From Octopus sinensis (taxonomy: Eukaryota), in NCBI RefSeq assembly GCF_006345805.1, contig NC_042997.1, positions 141,546,001 to 141,610,000 on the forward strand: DNA of 64,000 nt. Reading direction: 5' to 3'. The translations under genes were made by a program, and so were the position numbers. Of this stretch, positions 14,140 to 28,515 are shown in pieces (positions within the stretch are counted from its first letter, which is position 1; each line of letters opens with the position of its first letter). Under the pieces are notes generated by a model. The model had not been told where the DNA came from. It did no database searches and saw only the letters and a program-made list of their open reading frames with translations.

Positions 14140-15101
14140 TTGCATTTGAGGTACACAGAAGTTAGGCATTTGATACGGTAATTCGGTGCAACAATATCTT
14201 AGTTGATATTTTAGACAATGTACAGATATAAATTCGACATATGACATATTAATAGCCAGTAACATATTTTCTTAGCTATTAAAAGTACATGCTTTTAATT
14301 TTTTTAATGCATTGCTACTTATAATATACACTACCAACAAACAACAGGAGTCTAAAATATATTTTCAAACGTGGGATAGCAACTATATTTAGCGAAACAA
14401 ATTTGAAACAAATGACACTAGCAAATTCTGTCTATAAAATTAAGGGAAAATGTCAGATAAAGCACTAAAATTAAGCAATAGAAAAGCAATAAAATTCCAA
14501 TAAAATATAAATTTCTGCCTTAAATAGGGGATTAAAATGATATAGTATTACAGAAAACATTTATATAAAAATTAATCTTTTGAAAATAATCCCATAAAAT
14601 TCTTTAGTTACCGTAATGTTTTATGCAACAAAAACAGAAATAGATAGGATGCCCCGTAAGTTAAGAAAACTATAAAAGGTTTTAAATATTGTTTAATAAA
14701 AAAAATAAATACAAATAGTGATTGATAAGAAAACGAAAACACAACTACAAAAACCGTAAAGCTATTTCATCAAAAATTACTGAACATTCATTTGAGATTA
14801 CTGAGAAAATCTCCAATGATTAGAAAACCTGTCAGCTTAATATTAGCATTCAGACATTTTGATGGGTGCCATCTCATAATTTACTATCAGGTCACATTAG
14901 GTTTTAAAACCGTTTTTGTACGTTTCTTCATTTTTTTCTTGTCTTTTTTCTAAATAACACGAATCTTATTTCTAGAAGAACTACAATGTTCTTCGGGAAA
15001 ATACCAACAGATTGCCATTCAAGCTACAAAATTAATCTTTAAAAGAGCTATCTGTGCATTATACTTAATGTATATGCATTATTGACAAGCACGATACTGA
15101 T

Positions 15102-15301
15102 GTTTCCGTCCGAGATAAAAAGACGCCTCTTATAGACGTATTGTGTTAAAAGCACAATATATATCGGAGTGGGTGCACGTCGTTAACAAAACCCCAGAAG
15201 GCTGAAATGCAAGCCGCTAATGGGACGAATTTTCGTCTCCCTCCGATATATTGCGTTTTTAACGAAGTATATCTATAAAACAGTTTATATCGGACGAAAA
15301 C
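15102..15301. mobile_element. ~200-bp MITE-like inverted repeat
   Basis: Imperfect ~70-bp arms (GTTTCCGTCCGAGATAAA... / ...TTTATATCGGACGAAAAC). Confidence 0.55.
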
Positions 15302-15899
15302 TTTTGTATTTTACCTGCCAACGGTGTACATCCGCAAAGTGTGGTTATTTTAATTTAATGCTACGTCAATAGCATGCCCGAATCTTTCAAATATTGTCCA
15401 ATAAAATTAGATAATATTTTTAGTGAAGAAAAATATGTCTAAGTCCCATTTAACAAATACTAAACAAGTGGATAATGTGAAAGTTACGAAAGCGGTAAAT
15501 GGTGTTGATTACAAGATGTCTTTAGATTAAATCCGCACGATTAGCTTATCGAATTACTGGTCCTTCAAATATTTGATAACATTATGGAAAATATCTAAAA
15601 CACTTTGCAATATGCTACAGTAGCTCCGGCCCTCCTTAGTTCTTCTCGGATAAACTTTAACTATATTCAAATCTTTGACCCAGATGAAAAACACAAGAGG
15701 TAAATTATTTATCATACAACAGTAGAACATCACCATTTACACAATGAAAGGAAAATTTACAACTCCTGAAATATATTTGTCATGTGACACATATGTTGCT
15801 TATTTTATCAAACATTATTTAGTAACAGAATATTACGTAATCTATACTTGGAGAAATAACAACGTTGGAAAATATATTCTTAGGCATCCAATATAAGGT

Positions 15900-16560
15900 A
15901 TATAATCATCCATCCATGCCATCCATTGTTCCTGGAAGTGTTGTGGAGGAGGTAGAGTCCTCAGGCACCTCCTCTATTGGGTCCTCTCAACCGTCAATAA
16001 AATTCCCTGCTGGATTCTTAAGCGTGACCAACTAAGACTATGGATATTATGCACCCATTTTGCTCATGGACTATCCATAGGTCTCCTGCCGGTCAGTTTC
16101 CTTTGAAAAATCCATCTTGAAATCCTTTCCGATGACATTCTAATCACCTGTTCATTCACCGGAGCTGCGACTTTTCACTGCGGAGGATTAGCGGCTCGAC
16201 CTGCAGAGACTCTCTGGCCTTCGAGTTACGTACCTTGTCGAGTAACGTTACTCCTTAGGAGTATTTCGGAGTAACGTTATTCCTTAGGAGGAATCGCATC
16301 TCAGAAGTTTGTATTTGCAATCGTACTCTTTCAGTGATTACTCAACATTCATGACCATGAAGAAATTATATTTTCAGCATTCCTATTAATCTCCATCTGA
16401 CTGGGAAAATTATAATACAAAGATCTTATGCAACTTTTGTATACGGACGGGTGATTACTTAGTACTCAAGAAACTTGACATCATTTTCCATGACAATATG
16501 GCAGTAATCTGTTTATGATTGATTTAACAATTCTGAGTGACTATAATACCATACAGAAGT
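15900..16560 (-). mobile_element. Decayed RTE-type LINE 3' fragment
   Basis: Minus strand encodes an LRSEKSQLR.....VIRM-like RTE C-terminal motif. Homologous to the 30.6-31.3 kb fragment. Confidence 0.6.
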
Positions 16561-16892
16561 GAGCTGATAAGTAGAATTGAATTAGTGAATGGAAAATATT
16601 AGAACATGTATGAAATGGGATCATTGACCCATTTCTAATTAGTATAATCAGTATAGTATACAATCACTTCTGCAAAGACAGTAACGTATAAGAATAGAAA
16701 TAATCATAGAAGTGTAAGCATATATGTAATCATTCTATAGAAAATAAACACACTTTGGTTATGTTAATGCTAGGCTATATTCATGAAGCATTTGTTCGCA
16801 ATGAATATTTCGAAGCGTATATTTAGATATGTAACAACAACAAATATTTATAGATACGCAATGTGTTTGCATAGAGGATTTGCACACACGCA

Positions 16893-16937
<45 letters not shown>

Positions 16938-17118
16938 GCATTTTCTTTGTTTTTATGCTCAATATTATTTGCCTACCTATATTTATGTCAATCTTTTCCT
17001 TTGTTTCATACTCGAAATTATGTATGTGCTAGTGAGTGCTCCATCATATATATGTGTGTGTGTGTGTGTATTGTTTATATGTGTGTTTGCGTATAAGTGA
17101 TGTATGTATGTGTGTGTG

Positions 17119-17160
<42 letters not shown>

Positions 17161-17526
17161 ATATATCAATGGTATATATATATGTATATATATATATATT
17201 ATATATATATTATATATATATATATATAATATATAAACATTTAAATAATGAGGGATATAAATTTAATATTAATTTAATTAATATCAATTTAAAACCAGTA
17301 GCATAGCATACAAAAATCTGAAAAATCATAGAAAATTCTAATACATGTGTATATTAAAAGGTTAAGAAACGGTGTGCGATTAATTCTTGTTTTTTATATA
17401 ACTTTCATCTGTCTTGCCCGGATATTGTTCTGGTATCCGCTGAATTTTTCTCTAGAGAACATTCTTTTCTTTGTAGTTTGATCGTAGGTGATCTACTTCT
17501 AGCATATGGCTGACCCTTTAGATATG

Positions 17527-17615
<89 letters not shown>

Positions 17616-17993
17616 TAAAAGTATGTTATGTATACTCGTGTATTTATGCATTCATACACACACACACACTCATAGATACACGCACACATACACACATACA
17701 TACATACATACATGCATACATGCATACATACATACATACATACATGCATGCATGCATGCATACATACATACCCCTGTATGGTGTATTTACTTGAACCCTT
17801 GAAAATTATAAGACTGCACATATACGTCATCCCTTTTACTTCGAAACCATCAATGCGATTATATGTGTGTCTGTATATCCGTGTGGGTGTGCGTGCGTGT
17901 GTGTGTTTGTGTTTGTGTAAGTATATATGTAAATATGTCTGTATGTATGCATGTGTATATATATATATAATATATATATAATATATATATATA

Positions 17994-18049
<56 letters not shown>

Positions 18050-18194
18050 TATAAAAGAACGATATTATTCCTTAAAATAATGCTAGTGGCCCCAAGCGTG
18101 AAGCTGTATAGGCGAATTAATTATTAATTAATTAATATATATATGTTTGTGTGTGTGTGTATGTGAGTGTGTGTATGTTTATAATATATATATA

Positions 18195-18315
<121 letters not shown>

Positions 18316-19446
18316 TCGCAACCCTATCGATGGGAATATACATATATGCATAGAGAACATACACAATCTTATGCGGATGTAAAGCAATAAGCAGTGAAGC
18401 ATATGGAAAGGATATATTTAAGTGAGATTCGAGAAAATGTTTTAGCGATCTATAAATGGATTTCATAAGTCTACATTTTCACAATATAGATAGATAGATA
18501 GATATAAACAATCAGCTTCAAAAAGATACTTCCCTCTTTTTTGTCTCCCTCTCTCTTTCTCTCCCTCTCCTCTCCTCCCTCTCGCTCTCTCTTTCTCTTT
18601 TTCTCTCTCCCTCTGTCTTTCTTACAGAAGCCTATCCTTCAAATATACATATATATATTATATATATATATAAAGTATATGGGAAAAAAACCATAAAATT
18701 TTCTGATTTCTCAAAATAAACCACTTTATGCTATGATTGGGGTAAATCTTTTACACGCAAAGAAAAGAACTGATGCCTAACTATACTTTAAGAGATAATT
18801 TTTCGTTTTATGCCTAAGAGAATATAAATATTTTTGCTACTTTTAGGAGATATTTTCGTTTTATACCTTATAAAGATAGATTGGCTGTAACGATTCACTT
18901 TTATTTTTCTAAAGATAATTTCCTTGTTTATACACCGAAAACATGCTGTTACTTTGAAGGAATTATTTCTTGAAATTGCGGAAAAAATTGAGCCTAGATA
19001 ATTACACCGACAAAATTATATCTATAAAATTAGGCCTTAAGATTTTTCAATATTTAACTACTAAAGCGTAAAGGACGCATGATAGCCATTCAAAAGCACA
19101 CGACAACTGTTCACTTTCAAATTTATCATTTGGTGTCAAAATTTCGTAACACTAACTGCGACGTGGTCACTAACACGGTTCCGCTGCAAGTACATCTCCG
19201 ATATTCAAGACCTGCCGTATCGCTAACTTGCAAGATTACAAAGTACTCGCAACTATTCCGTCCATTGAACTTAAATAGTTGTAAGAAGTACATTGACCAA
19301 TGTTTGCGTCTAAAGAAAAATAACGCAAAAATTAAACCAGACTGTGTACCTCACTTAAGGTATAAACCATCGGATTTCTAACAATAGTAACAAATAGAAT
19401 ACGGAATCATATGGTTCACTCATTCTTGGAACACCTACTGGACTTC

Positions 19447-19561
19447 TACGAGGGATCTATGAAAAGTTTTGAGCCTTGAAGTCTTGTACGTTCATCAGAA
19501 GTCTTGTACCATGATTTGTGTTTTTTTTTTTAGTCTCAAGACTTTTCATGCACCCCTCGTA
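19447..19561. mobile_element. 115-bp mariner-type MITE
   Basis: TACGAGGG..TGAAAAGT / ACTTTTCATGCACCCCTCGTA inverted termini with TA ends. Confidence 0.7.
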
Positions 19562-19958
19562 TATTTACATGTTTCTCAGCAGCAGTAAAAGAGAAGATAA
19601 GAAAAGAAAGTATAAAGCTTGATCTAGAAGGGTTTTTTTCATCTTTTCTCCGGTCAGGATAACAGGTGCATATGTAACAATAAATTACCGCCGTTTCTGT
19701 AGTTTCATCGCTTGTGAGGTTAAGGAAGGGTTAGATTAGGGGTAAAATAGACGGAATCAGTTGTGATCTTTCTGTCATCTGCGCAGATGCTTCCAGTTCA
19801 AGTGACTGATGCTATATGTGTAGGGGAATTTTAGTGTTACCACGGTGCTGTTTTATTTGTCACAGTGGAACCTATAACAAATAGATACGATATTTGTAAA
19901 TTTAGAACAAAACGTGGTCATACGCGTAAAGGAATGGATAGTCGCGATACATACATTC

Positions 19959-20086
<128 letters not shown>

Positions 20087-20134
20087 GTCATTGTGCGTGT
20101 ACCAATGTTTGTATATGATATATACCTATACATA

Positions 20135-21561
20135 TATAGATATGTTTCTTTATTAGCCACACAGGGCTGTACACAGACGGGACAAATTACAAGGTAGAGC
20201 TTTTCTTTTGGGGGACAAAAAAAAGGGGGTTTGGTTTTCGATCAAAAGGGATCGTAAAAGGAAAGAAAGAGGAAAGCAAAAAAAATAAACAAAAATAAAG
20301 GAGGGGTAAAAATAAAAGGAAAAAGAAAAAATCGATCAATAGGGATCGTTATCACAGAAATGTCAATATAAAGTGTAAAGGGGAGGACAGGTGAGGTTTA
20401 CCGGTGGAAAGAAAAGCCTACGGAAAAGACCACGGTAACCTCGGTCAATGAAGTCACTTGTTATATTTTTTTTACAAATAAGCAACTCTCTGTATTAATT
20501 TTTACGGTTCATAGGATCATAGTCAAGATGGCTTTGTCATTCATACGTGCCATCCTTGCTACATTCACCCATCTTTTTTTAAAACATTCACTAGACAAAA
20601 CTTGCCTCTCTACTCTCACTTTCCTCTTCAAGTGATACTTGAAGAAGTTGATGAGAGATTGACCAGAGGGGAAAGTGTTTGTCTTTAATCCTTTCAGGCG
20701 CGTCCACCAGACACAGTCTTTCGCCATAGCCACAAGTATGATAAAAATAGTTCTTCTTTCCCGTTTGAAAGAAGGAGGCGTGACGATATTAACGATAGAC
20801 TCGGCTGATAAACCGACTCATCCCACACGTGACAGCAGCCGTTCGACATAAGCCCACAGGTCGGAGATTGTTGGACACTGCACGATTGCGTGCAGAACAG
20901 TTTCGTCGCTCTGCCCGCATCTCGGGCAGGTCGGCCCCGTGTTTCTCGAGCCATGCCTATAGAACTTATCCCGAACAGGTAGCGCTTCTTGGTAGCACTG
21001 CCAGGCCAGGGATCTCTGGAAGTTGTCCATAGGTCCCGGCCCGAAAGTCGTCTCAAACAGGCAGGTCAGGTATTCCTCGTCGACGCCCAGGTTCGCCCCA
21101 AGATCGTCGTCGTACCTCCCCTCCACTAATCCCCTATAGAATGCTTGGGCTGTGTTGAAGTCACTCAAGGTCGACCCGGGACGGCATAGTTGCTTGAGAG
21201 CAACGCGACACTCGCGGTGCCATTCGCCCTTCCTCGGCCTCTTTTTGATCCACGACTGCAGTTCTGTCATGGAGACGAGCTGCGGGAAAGCGTGCCTCAC
21301 CAACGGCGACCACACTTGTTCACCGTCGTCTACATAAAGCCGGAGATGTTGCAGTCTCAGCGCGTGTCTGCGCATCATCAACCACGGCATGCCCAGCCCT
21401 CCTTTTAACGGGTGTTGACAGCAAATGGATCGCCTGACCATCGGGACGCATCCTTTCCCCAAGAAGCGAAAGAGAATGCGTTCTAGTTTGGTGATGGTAG
21501 GGTCGGGACAAGGTACGACGGTCAGGTGGTAGTAGATGATGGACGCGTTTTGCTGCCAATA
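20135..21561 (-). mobile_element. Tx1/L1-clade LINE, 5'-truncated 3' fragment
   Basis: ORF 20818-21462 has the zf-RVT motif CPRCGQSDETVLHAIVQC. ORF2 C-terminus continues with frameshifts to the stop at 20509, followed by a 3' UTR and AATAAA. The 5' end is lost in (TA)n. Confidence 0.85.
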
Positions 21562-21562
21562 G

Positions 21563-21630
<68 letters not shown>

Positions 21631-21644
21631 TACATATATATATA

Positions 21645-22066
21645 TACTCTTTTACTTTTACTCTTTTACTTGTTTCAGTCAGTTGACTGCGGCCATGCTG
21701 GAGCACCGCCTTTAGTCGAGCAAATCGAACCCGGGACTTATTCTTTGTAAGCCCAGTACTTATTCTATCGGTCTCTTTTGCCGAACCGCTAAGTGACGGG
21801 GACGTGAACACACCAGCATCGGTTGTCAAGCAATGCTAGGGAGACAAACACAGACACACAAACACATACACACACATACATATATATATATATACATATA
21901 TACGACAGGCTTCTTTCAGTTTCCGTCTACCAAATCCACTCACAAGGCATTGGTCGGCCCGGGGCTATAGCAGAAGACACTTTCCCAAGATGCCACGCAG
22001 TGGGACTGAACCCGGAACCATGTGGTTGGTTAGCAAGCTACTTACCACACAGCCACTCCTGCGTCT
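21645..22066 (-). mobile_element. SINE family B
   Basis: Near-identical to 53112-53531, with a (GAGTAAAA)-type tail. Confidence 0.85.
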
Positions 22067-22126
22067 ATACATATATACTATATATTATATATATATACAT
22101 ACATATTATATATATATATATATTAC

Positions 22127-22218
<92 letters not shown>

Positions 22219-22244
22219 TATATATATATATACATATATATTAT

Positions 22245-22783
22245 ACGCACACGATGTTGTGCGTATGGTGGGACGGGAAAGGGGTTATCTATTACGAATT
22301 GCTTGAACAGAACCAAACGGTCAACGTGGAGCTCTATGTTCAACAGATGGAACGACTCAATATAGCTATTCAAGAAAAAATACCTAATAGGCAGCATGGA
22401 GTTCTGCTGCACGACAATACCCGCTCTCATATCGCCAATATGACCAAGGAAGTCATTCAAACGCATGGCTGAGAAATACTACCACACTCGCCGTACTCTC
22501 CTGATTTGGCACCAACGGATTTCCACCTCTTTCGATCTCTTTCAAATGCTATGCACAGAGTTTCGTTCAATACTGATGCAGAATTGAGAGCTTGGTTGGA
22601 TCAATTTTTCGAGTCGAAATCGGGGGATTTCTACCAACAAGGTATTGAAAATGTTCTTGAACGTTGGGAAGAAGTTGTAAACAAGAGTAAATACATTATT
22701 GATTAATTAGTTGTTATTTTTTATTAAACCTTTTAAAATATTTAAATTTTAAAAACCGTGGGAACTTAGGTGCCAACCCAATA
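22245..22783 (+). mobile_element. Mariner (DD34D) transposon 3' half, inactivated
   Basis: MLCVWWDGKGVIYYELL, HDN-34aa-D (YSPDLAPTDFHLF), an in-frame TGA and a 3' TIR ending ...GCCAACCCAATA. Confidence 0.9.
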
Positions 22784-22809
22784 TATGTAAATATATATAT
22801 ATAATATAT

Positions 22810-22861
<52 letters not shown>

Positions 22862-22969
22862 GTGTGTGTGTGTGTAGTTCAAATTTACAGAAAACTAAAG
22901 ACAAGACAAAACAGATGACTGAACAACAAGCAGGTGTATTAAATTTACGCTCGGAAAGAATGGAAAAGT

Positions 22970-23005
22970 CTTTGACGTTTCGAGCATGCGCTCTTCAGCA
23001 GAAAG
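22970..23005 (-). ncRNA. Degenerate minimal type I hammerhead motif (family F)
   Basis: Minus strand reads CTTT-CTGCTGA-A-GAGC gcat GCTC-GAAAC-GTC-AAAG. Stems I and II pair, stem III is the palindrome ACGT, and the core has A6C. Confidence 0.5.
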
Positions 23006-25390
23006 GTTTGAGAGGGAAAGGAATGGAGAGAGAACGAAAAAAGAAAAACGAAGGGATTAAAAATGTGTAGGGATTAACGGTTCAACATTTGAGAAATTAT
23101 GGTAAATCTCCATTGCGAATTATCTGTCCTTCTTAGCGAGACAAATTAATTATATGACGATTTCTTACCTCGATATGAATGTGTAAATATTTTTTGAAGG
23201 GAGAAATTTAAACTGTAAGACATTTATGTTTTATCAAAGTTTTCGAGTTGCATAATTGCAACAAAATTTCACTGCCCAGTTTATCGAGACTGGATCGATT
23301 ACTACACTAAGAAATTTAACTTTATTTAACCTTTGTATGATGCTGGCTAATATACATGAATATATAATACAGAAGAATTGGTTTAAAGTTTCTTTAATTA
23401 GGTTATTAAAATTTGGCATTTACATTTAATGTAAATTCTTTCGTGTTTATTTAAATGTTAATTAAGAACCTACATTTAATGGAGATTCTGATAATATATT
23501 GTTACACACGCTTACAAATGTTTTACTGTCCAGAACCGTAGCTCTCTAAAACTTTCCTTTTAAGAGAGCTGTTTTCTTCTAACTTTATCATCACCTTATA
23601 GAAAATGCATAGATTTGTTTGATATTATTCGTCACATTTGTCTGTATAATTATAACTAATTAGAAATTCAGCCATTTTGAATCTGACTTTCAAATAACTT
23701 ATCTGAGGCAATCAATTTCCTCGATCGCTGTATTAGACATTTTAATTAGCTGTCATTGATAAATTGAAATTTTCACACGCGCATTAATACTTTTGAGTAC
23801 ACAGAATTTTTTATAAGATACTTTCATCTTTGAAAATGGCCTCAATTAACTCGTAGGATACTGCAAATTTTTATTATGCCTGCATCGCATCATTTCCTTA
23901 GCGTCTATACTCTATATTACTATTGTATTTTGTTATGTTTGCGCCATTTAGTTAAAGTTTATGTCTTTATGCATATCTATAGGCGGTAGGAAACAGCGCC
24001 TAGGTTTCGGCATTAATATGATAAAATTACATAAACAAATAAGTAAGTGTTAATATATAATTACATTGTTGTATGTAATTAAATATGTATTGAATGTATC
24101 ATTTATATAAATTTTTATTCCGGCAGTAGAATGTGTTATTTAAAACTAGTTTATTTAACATCTGCATTTATTATACGTATTACTGAAATTTTCAATACTC
24201 TGAAGTATATAGGTTCGTTTACTAAGCATTGATAGTCTTGTTCTAATGGAAGCTCTGGATGTCCTCACTTAACGGCAACACAACGTTAAATATATTAATG
24301 TTGATCTATTGTACTGTTACTTTGTACTGATCTATTGTACTGTGATGCATACAAGTGTCATGTATACAAGTGATACTTGGGCAGAAAAGGTGACAGGAGT
24401 TGGGTAGCGAACTGCTTCTTGTATCAGATTGGTAATCTTTATCTCGATTCCACTTGTGATGCCAAGAGTAAAATAATCCATAGATATACATAAAACTATA
24501 CATATAACAAAGATAGAAAAGCAAATATATTTGCAAGCGTTTAACACGTGTTCCTAATTGCCAAAAAAACAAACACGCCACCAAAACTGAAAGTGTCAGT
24601 ATTCTGATATGCATTTTTATGTATAACGAACATCAAAATGAAACATGGACACCAGATTTATAAACTTGAAACTGCAGTTAGTTTGTTAGCGAACGGAATA
24701 TCTCTCTTTGTGCAAATGTATCAATTATTTTCGTGTCGTCGACCTTTACGTTTTGAGTTCGAATATTGCCGAGATGACGTTCTCCTTTCATCATTTTAAT
24801 GACGGTAAAATAAAAGTCATGCACTGGATCGATTTAATCCAATATACCGTCTCCTAAAATTTAAGATCTTGTGACTAAGTGAGAAATCAATATTACAAAA
24901 TCGAATGAGGCGGTGAGCAAACATAATCGTTAGTAGGACAGGCACAATGCCCGACAGCACTTCGTCTGTCTTTACGTTCTGGGTTCAAATGACACCGGGG
25001 TCGACTTTGCCTTTCTCTTTTCGAGGTCGATAAAATAAGTACCAGTTGAACACTGGGGTTGATGTAATTGACTTATCCCCCACCCCCGAAATTGCTGGTC
25101 TTGTACCAAAATTTGAAACCAATATTGCATCATCACACCACCACCACAGGTCAACACTGCGCTACTCAGCACCACTAGTTATTACTTCTAAGACTTCTCT
25201 TCAATATGTCAATTGCTGGAGCAATTCAACTTTATAAAATCAGCTGCACAGCAGTCATCATTTCAACGAGACAACCTGTGAAGCATCGACTGTAAAAGTA
25301 GTCAGCTTGTATGAGATATCACTGCAACTGCCATTACGCAAATTGTCTAATCTACAAGCATATAAGATATATATATATATATATATAATA

Positions 25391-25462
<72 letters not shown>

Positions 25463-26517
25463 GTATATGTATATGTATATTATTGACTAAACGTTATTTT
25501 ACTCTTAAAGCAAAATCACGCCTACTATGTGTTACACTGACTGAATATGGTTTAGTAATGAAAACTGACCTAAAACGTCCATCGTTAGATCCCTCCCCAA
25601 ACGATATTCGTAATCATCGCAATCTAGAATTATCTCCATTTCATTCCGCATATAATTTTTAACACACACCATTTAAAATGTGAACAGTTCTGCATAGCAA
25701 ACAGATAAGTGAAAGCTCTATCAACTTTATCTGCAACTGGCTACCTAACCCTCTTTTAAATGGAATACTCTCCCACTTAACTATACAAAACTAACTGAAA
25801 CTGCTCAAACCTCACGCAAAGATACCTTTGTTCCTTTTGATTGAGAAAACAAAACAGAAAATAATAAAATAACAAACACAAACATGACTCTTTTAAAGAA
25901 GATATCAGTAGTTGTTTAAAGCCTCTGCCCTTAATTTTACAAGATTTAGTTTCTTATCTGGCATAATCCCATCCAAACAATACTTTATTTAACAGGCAAA
26001 CAAACGGATCAGATAAGCAGAATAAATAAAAATGTGAATGTCTCATTTGGGATTGGCATACTGAAGTAACTAACTATTTACAAATACATTGGTCTGGTAT
26101 CTTACTGTGGCTAGATTGAATTCTCCCACACCAAACAAGTATAAATAAATGACTGCCGTAATATATATTCGCCTTCAATTAGTAATTCTCTGTCAAATAC
26201 CATGGCATGTAAATTTTATCCATTGTGATTTCCTAAGTGCATTATCAAAAGACAAGTACGCATCTTCAGTATATACCATTAGTAAAATTAGATTCAGATC
26301 ATAATAATCAGATTATAGCTTAAGATCCTCCCGATGATAATAACAACTTTTTTTTTCTATTATAATTAATATCGAGGCTCGTTGACGGTGATGTTATTAA
26401 TATTGATGGTGCTTATATATTACTGTTGCCATTGTTGCAGTTATTCCTGGTACTCGATATATCTGTGTGTAAATGTGTATGTGTACATGAATGTATGTAT
26501 ATATACATACATGCATA

Positions 26518-26619
<102 letters not shown>

Positions 26620-27944
26620 AACACATACACATGTGTGTGTGCATGCGTGCGTGCGGTGTGTGTGTGTCTGAGTCTGTGTGTGTCCTTGTCTGTATGTTAT
26701 TCTCTACAATATTAAAGAGTTCGCTATAGATATCCTCGCTAAAACGACGTGTATTATTGTTGTTGTTGTTGTGTTTCGTTTCATATCAGGATATAATAAT
26801 TATTATTAAGTGTGCTTTTAAAAAAAAAACATTAATATTACTATCAAATCAATGGCAGGAACGGTCGATCAGAGAAAAAAATTGTCTTACAGTATTTAAT
26901 TATGATCCTCTGCACTCGGAATTCAAATCCCACCAAGGTCGTATCTACCTTGGATCCGTTCTGGACCGATAAAAGCATTATTTGTTAAGTACAGTGATAC
27001 ATTTAACCAATTGTAATCTCCTCAAAAGTAGTTGACATGTTATTAGTCTTTGCTTATGGCGACAGTAGTAAGATGGACACGATTGAAAGGGTTTAGAGTT
27101 GTTTTCTACTCCTTAGACCTTATCCGGTATTTTGTCTCAAGAATATGAAGTTACATAGTGTTGTTGTCCGGTGTTGAAATACAGGGTGGTTATTTGAATG
27201 AAAGAATTGATACTCCTTCTTATTAACCGTGTAGGCATATTTGTAAAGAGAAACTATTATAAAGAAGGTGCTGAGCTGGCAGAATCGTTAGCGCACCGGC
27301 CGAAATGCTTAGTGGTATTTCGCCTGTCGTAACGTTCTGAGATCAAATTCTGCTGAGGTTGGCTTTACTTTTCATCCTTTCGGGGTCGATAAATTAAGTA
27401 CCAGTGAAAAACTGGAGTCGATGTAATCGACTAGTCCCCTCCCTTAGAATTTCAGGCCTTGTGCCTATAGTAGAAATGATTATTATAGTTGTTATTAATG
27501 CAGCGATTCAGCAGAATCGTTAGCAGATCGGAAAAATGTTTACGGCATTTCCTCCGACCCTTTACGTTCTCAATTCAAATCTTGTTGAATTCAGCTTTGC
27601 CTGTCATCCCCCGGGGTTGATTAAATATAGTACCATTATATATTAGGTCGACATAGTCGTCGTTCCCTGTCCTAAACTTTCTTGCCTTGATCCTAGCTTA
27701 AAAATGAAGCAAACTAGTATATTGTCTTTATCGTTGATGCTGCTGCAATCACTATGATCTTAATTATCATGTGGGTATTAGATTATTATAAACTAGAGGA
27801 TTAAATAACTTGCATTAATAATAAAAATCTTATCGTTGAATGATTTGACGTTTCATCAATACTACGTCAATAACATAATCAAAGGTATGAGTCAATTCAA
27901 TTTTTGATCTTGTGTAAACATTATATAAACCCTTATTATTCATA

Positions 27945-28515
27945 TAAGGCGACGAGCTGGCAGAAACATTAGCACGCCGGGCAAAATGCTTAGCAGTATT
28001 TTGACTTAGTATAAGTCGACTTTGGCTTTCGTTCTTTCGGGATCGATAAATTAAGTACCAGTTGCGTACTAGGGTCAGTCTAATTGACTGGAGTAGAAAA
28101 GATTATTTTTCATATGATAAGGCGGCGAGCTGGCAGAAACGTTAGCACGCCGGGCGAAATGCGTAGCCGTACTTCGTCTGCCGCTACGTTATGAGTTCAA
28201 ATTCCGCTGAGGTCGACTTAGCCTTTCATTCTTTCGGGGTCGATTAAATAAGTACCAGTTACGCACTGAGGTCGATATAATGGACTTAATCCGTTTGTCC
28301 GTCTTTTTTGTCCTCTCTGTGTTTAGCCCCGTGTGGGTAGTAAAGAAATAGGTATTTCGTCAGTTTTTACATTCTAAGTTCAAATTCCACTGAAGTCGAC
28401 TCTGCTTTTCATCCTTTCGGGGTCGAAAAATTAAGTACCAGTTGCGTACTGAGGTCGATCTAATCGACTGGCCCCCTCCCCAAAAATTTCGGTCCTTGTG
28501 CTTAGAGTAGAAAAG
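27945..28515 (+). mobile_element. Cluster of SINE family C copies
   Basis: Heads at ~27946 and ~28119, Nin-like core three times. Further copies at 24905-25125, 27266-27480, 34686-34880(-), 46600-46812(-) and 51090-51200(-). Confidence 0.75.

Noticed and set aside
26106-26172. Possible 67-bp exon on the minus strand (IYITAVIYLYLFGVGEFNLAT followed by GTAAG)
   Set aside because: The acceptor lacks a polypyrimidine tract, I recognise no homology and there are no partner exons. RNA-seq would be needed.
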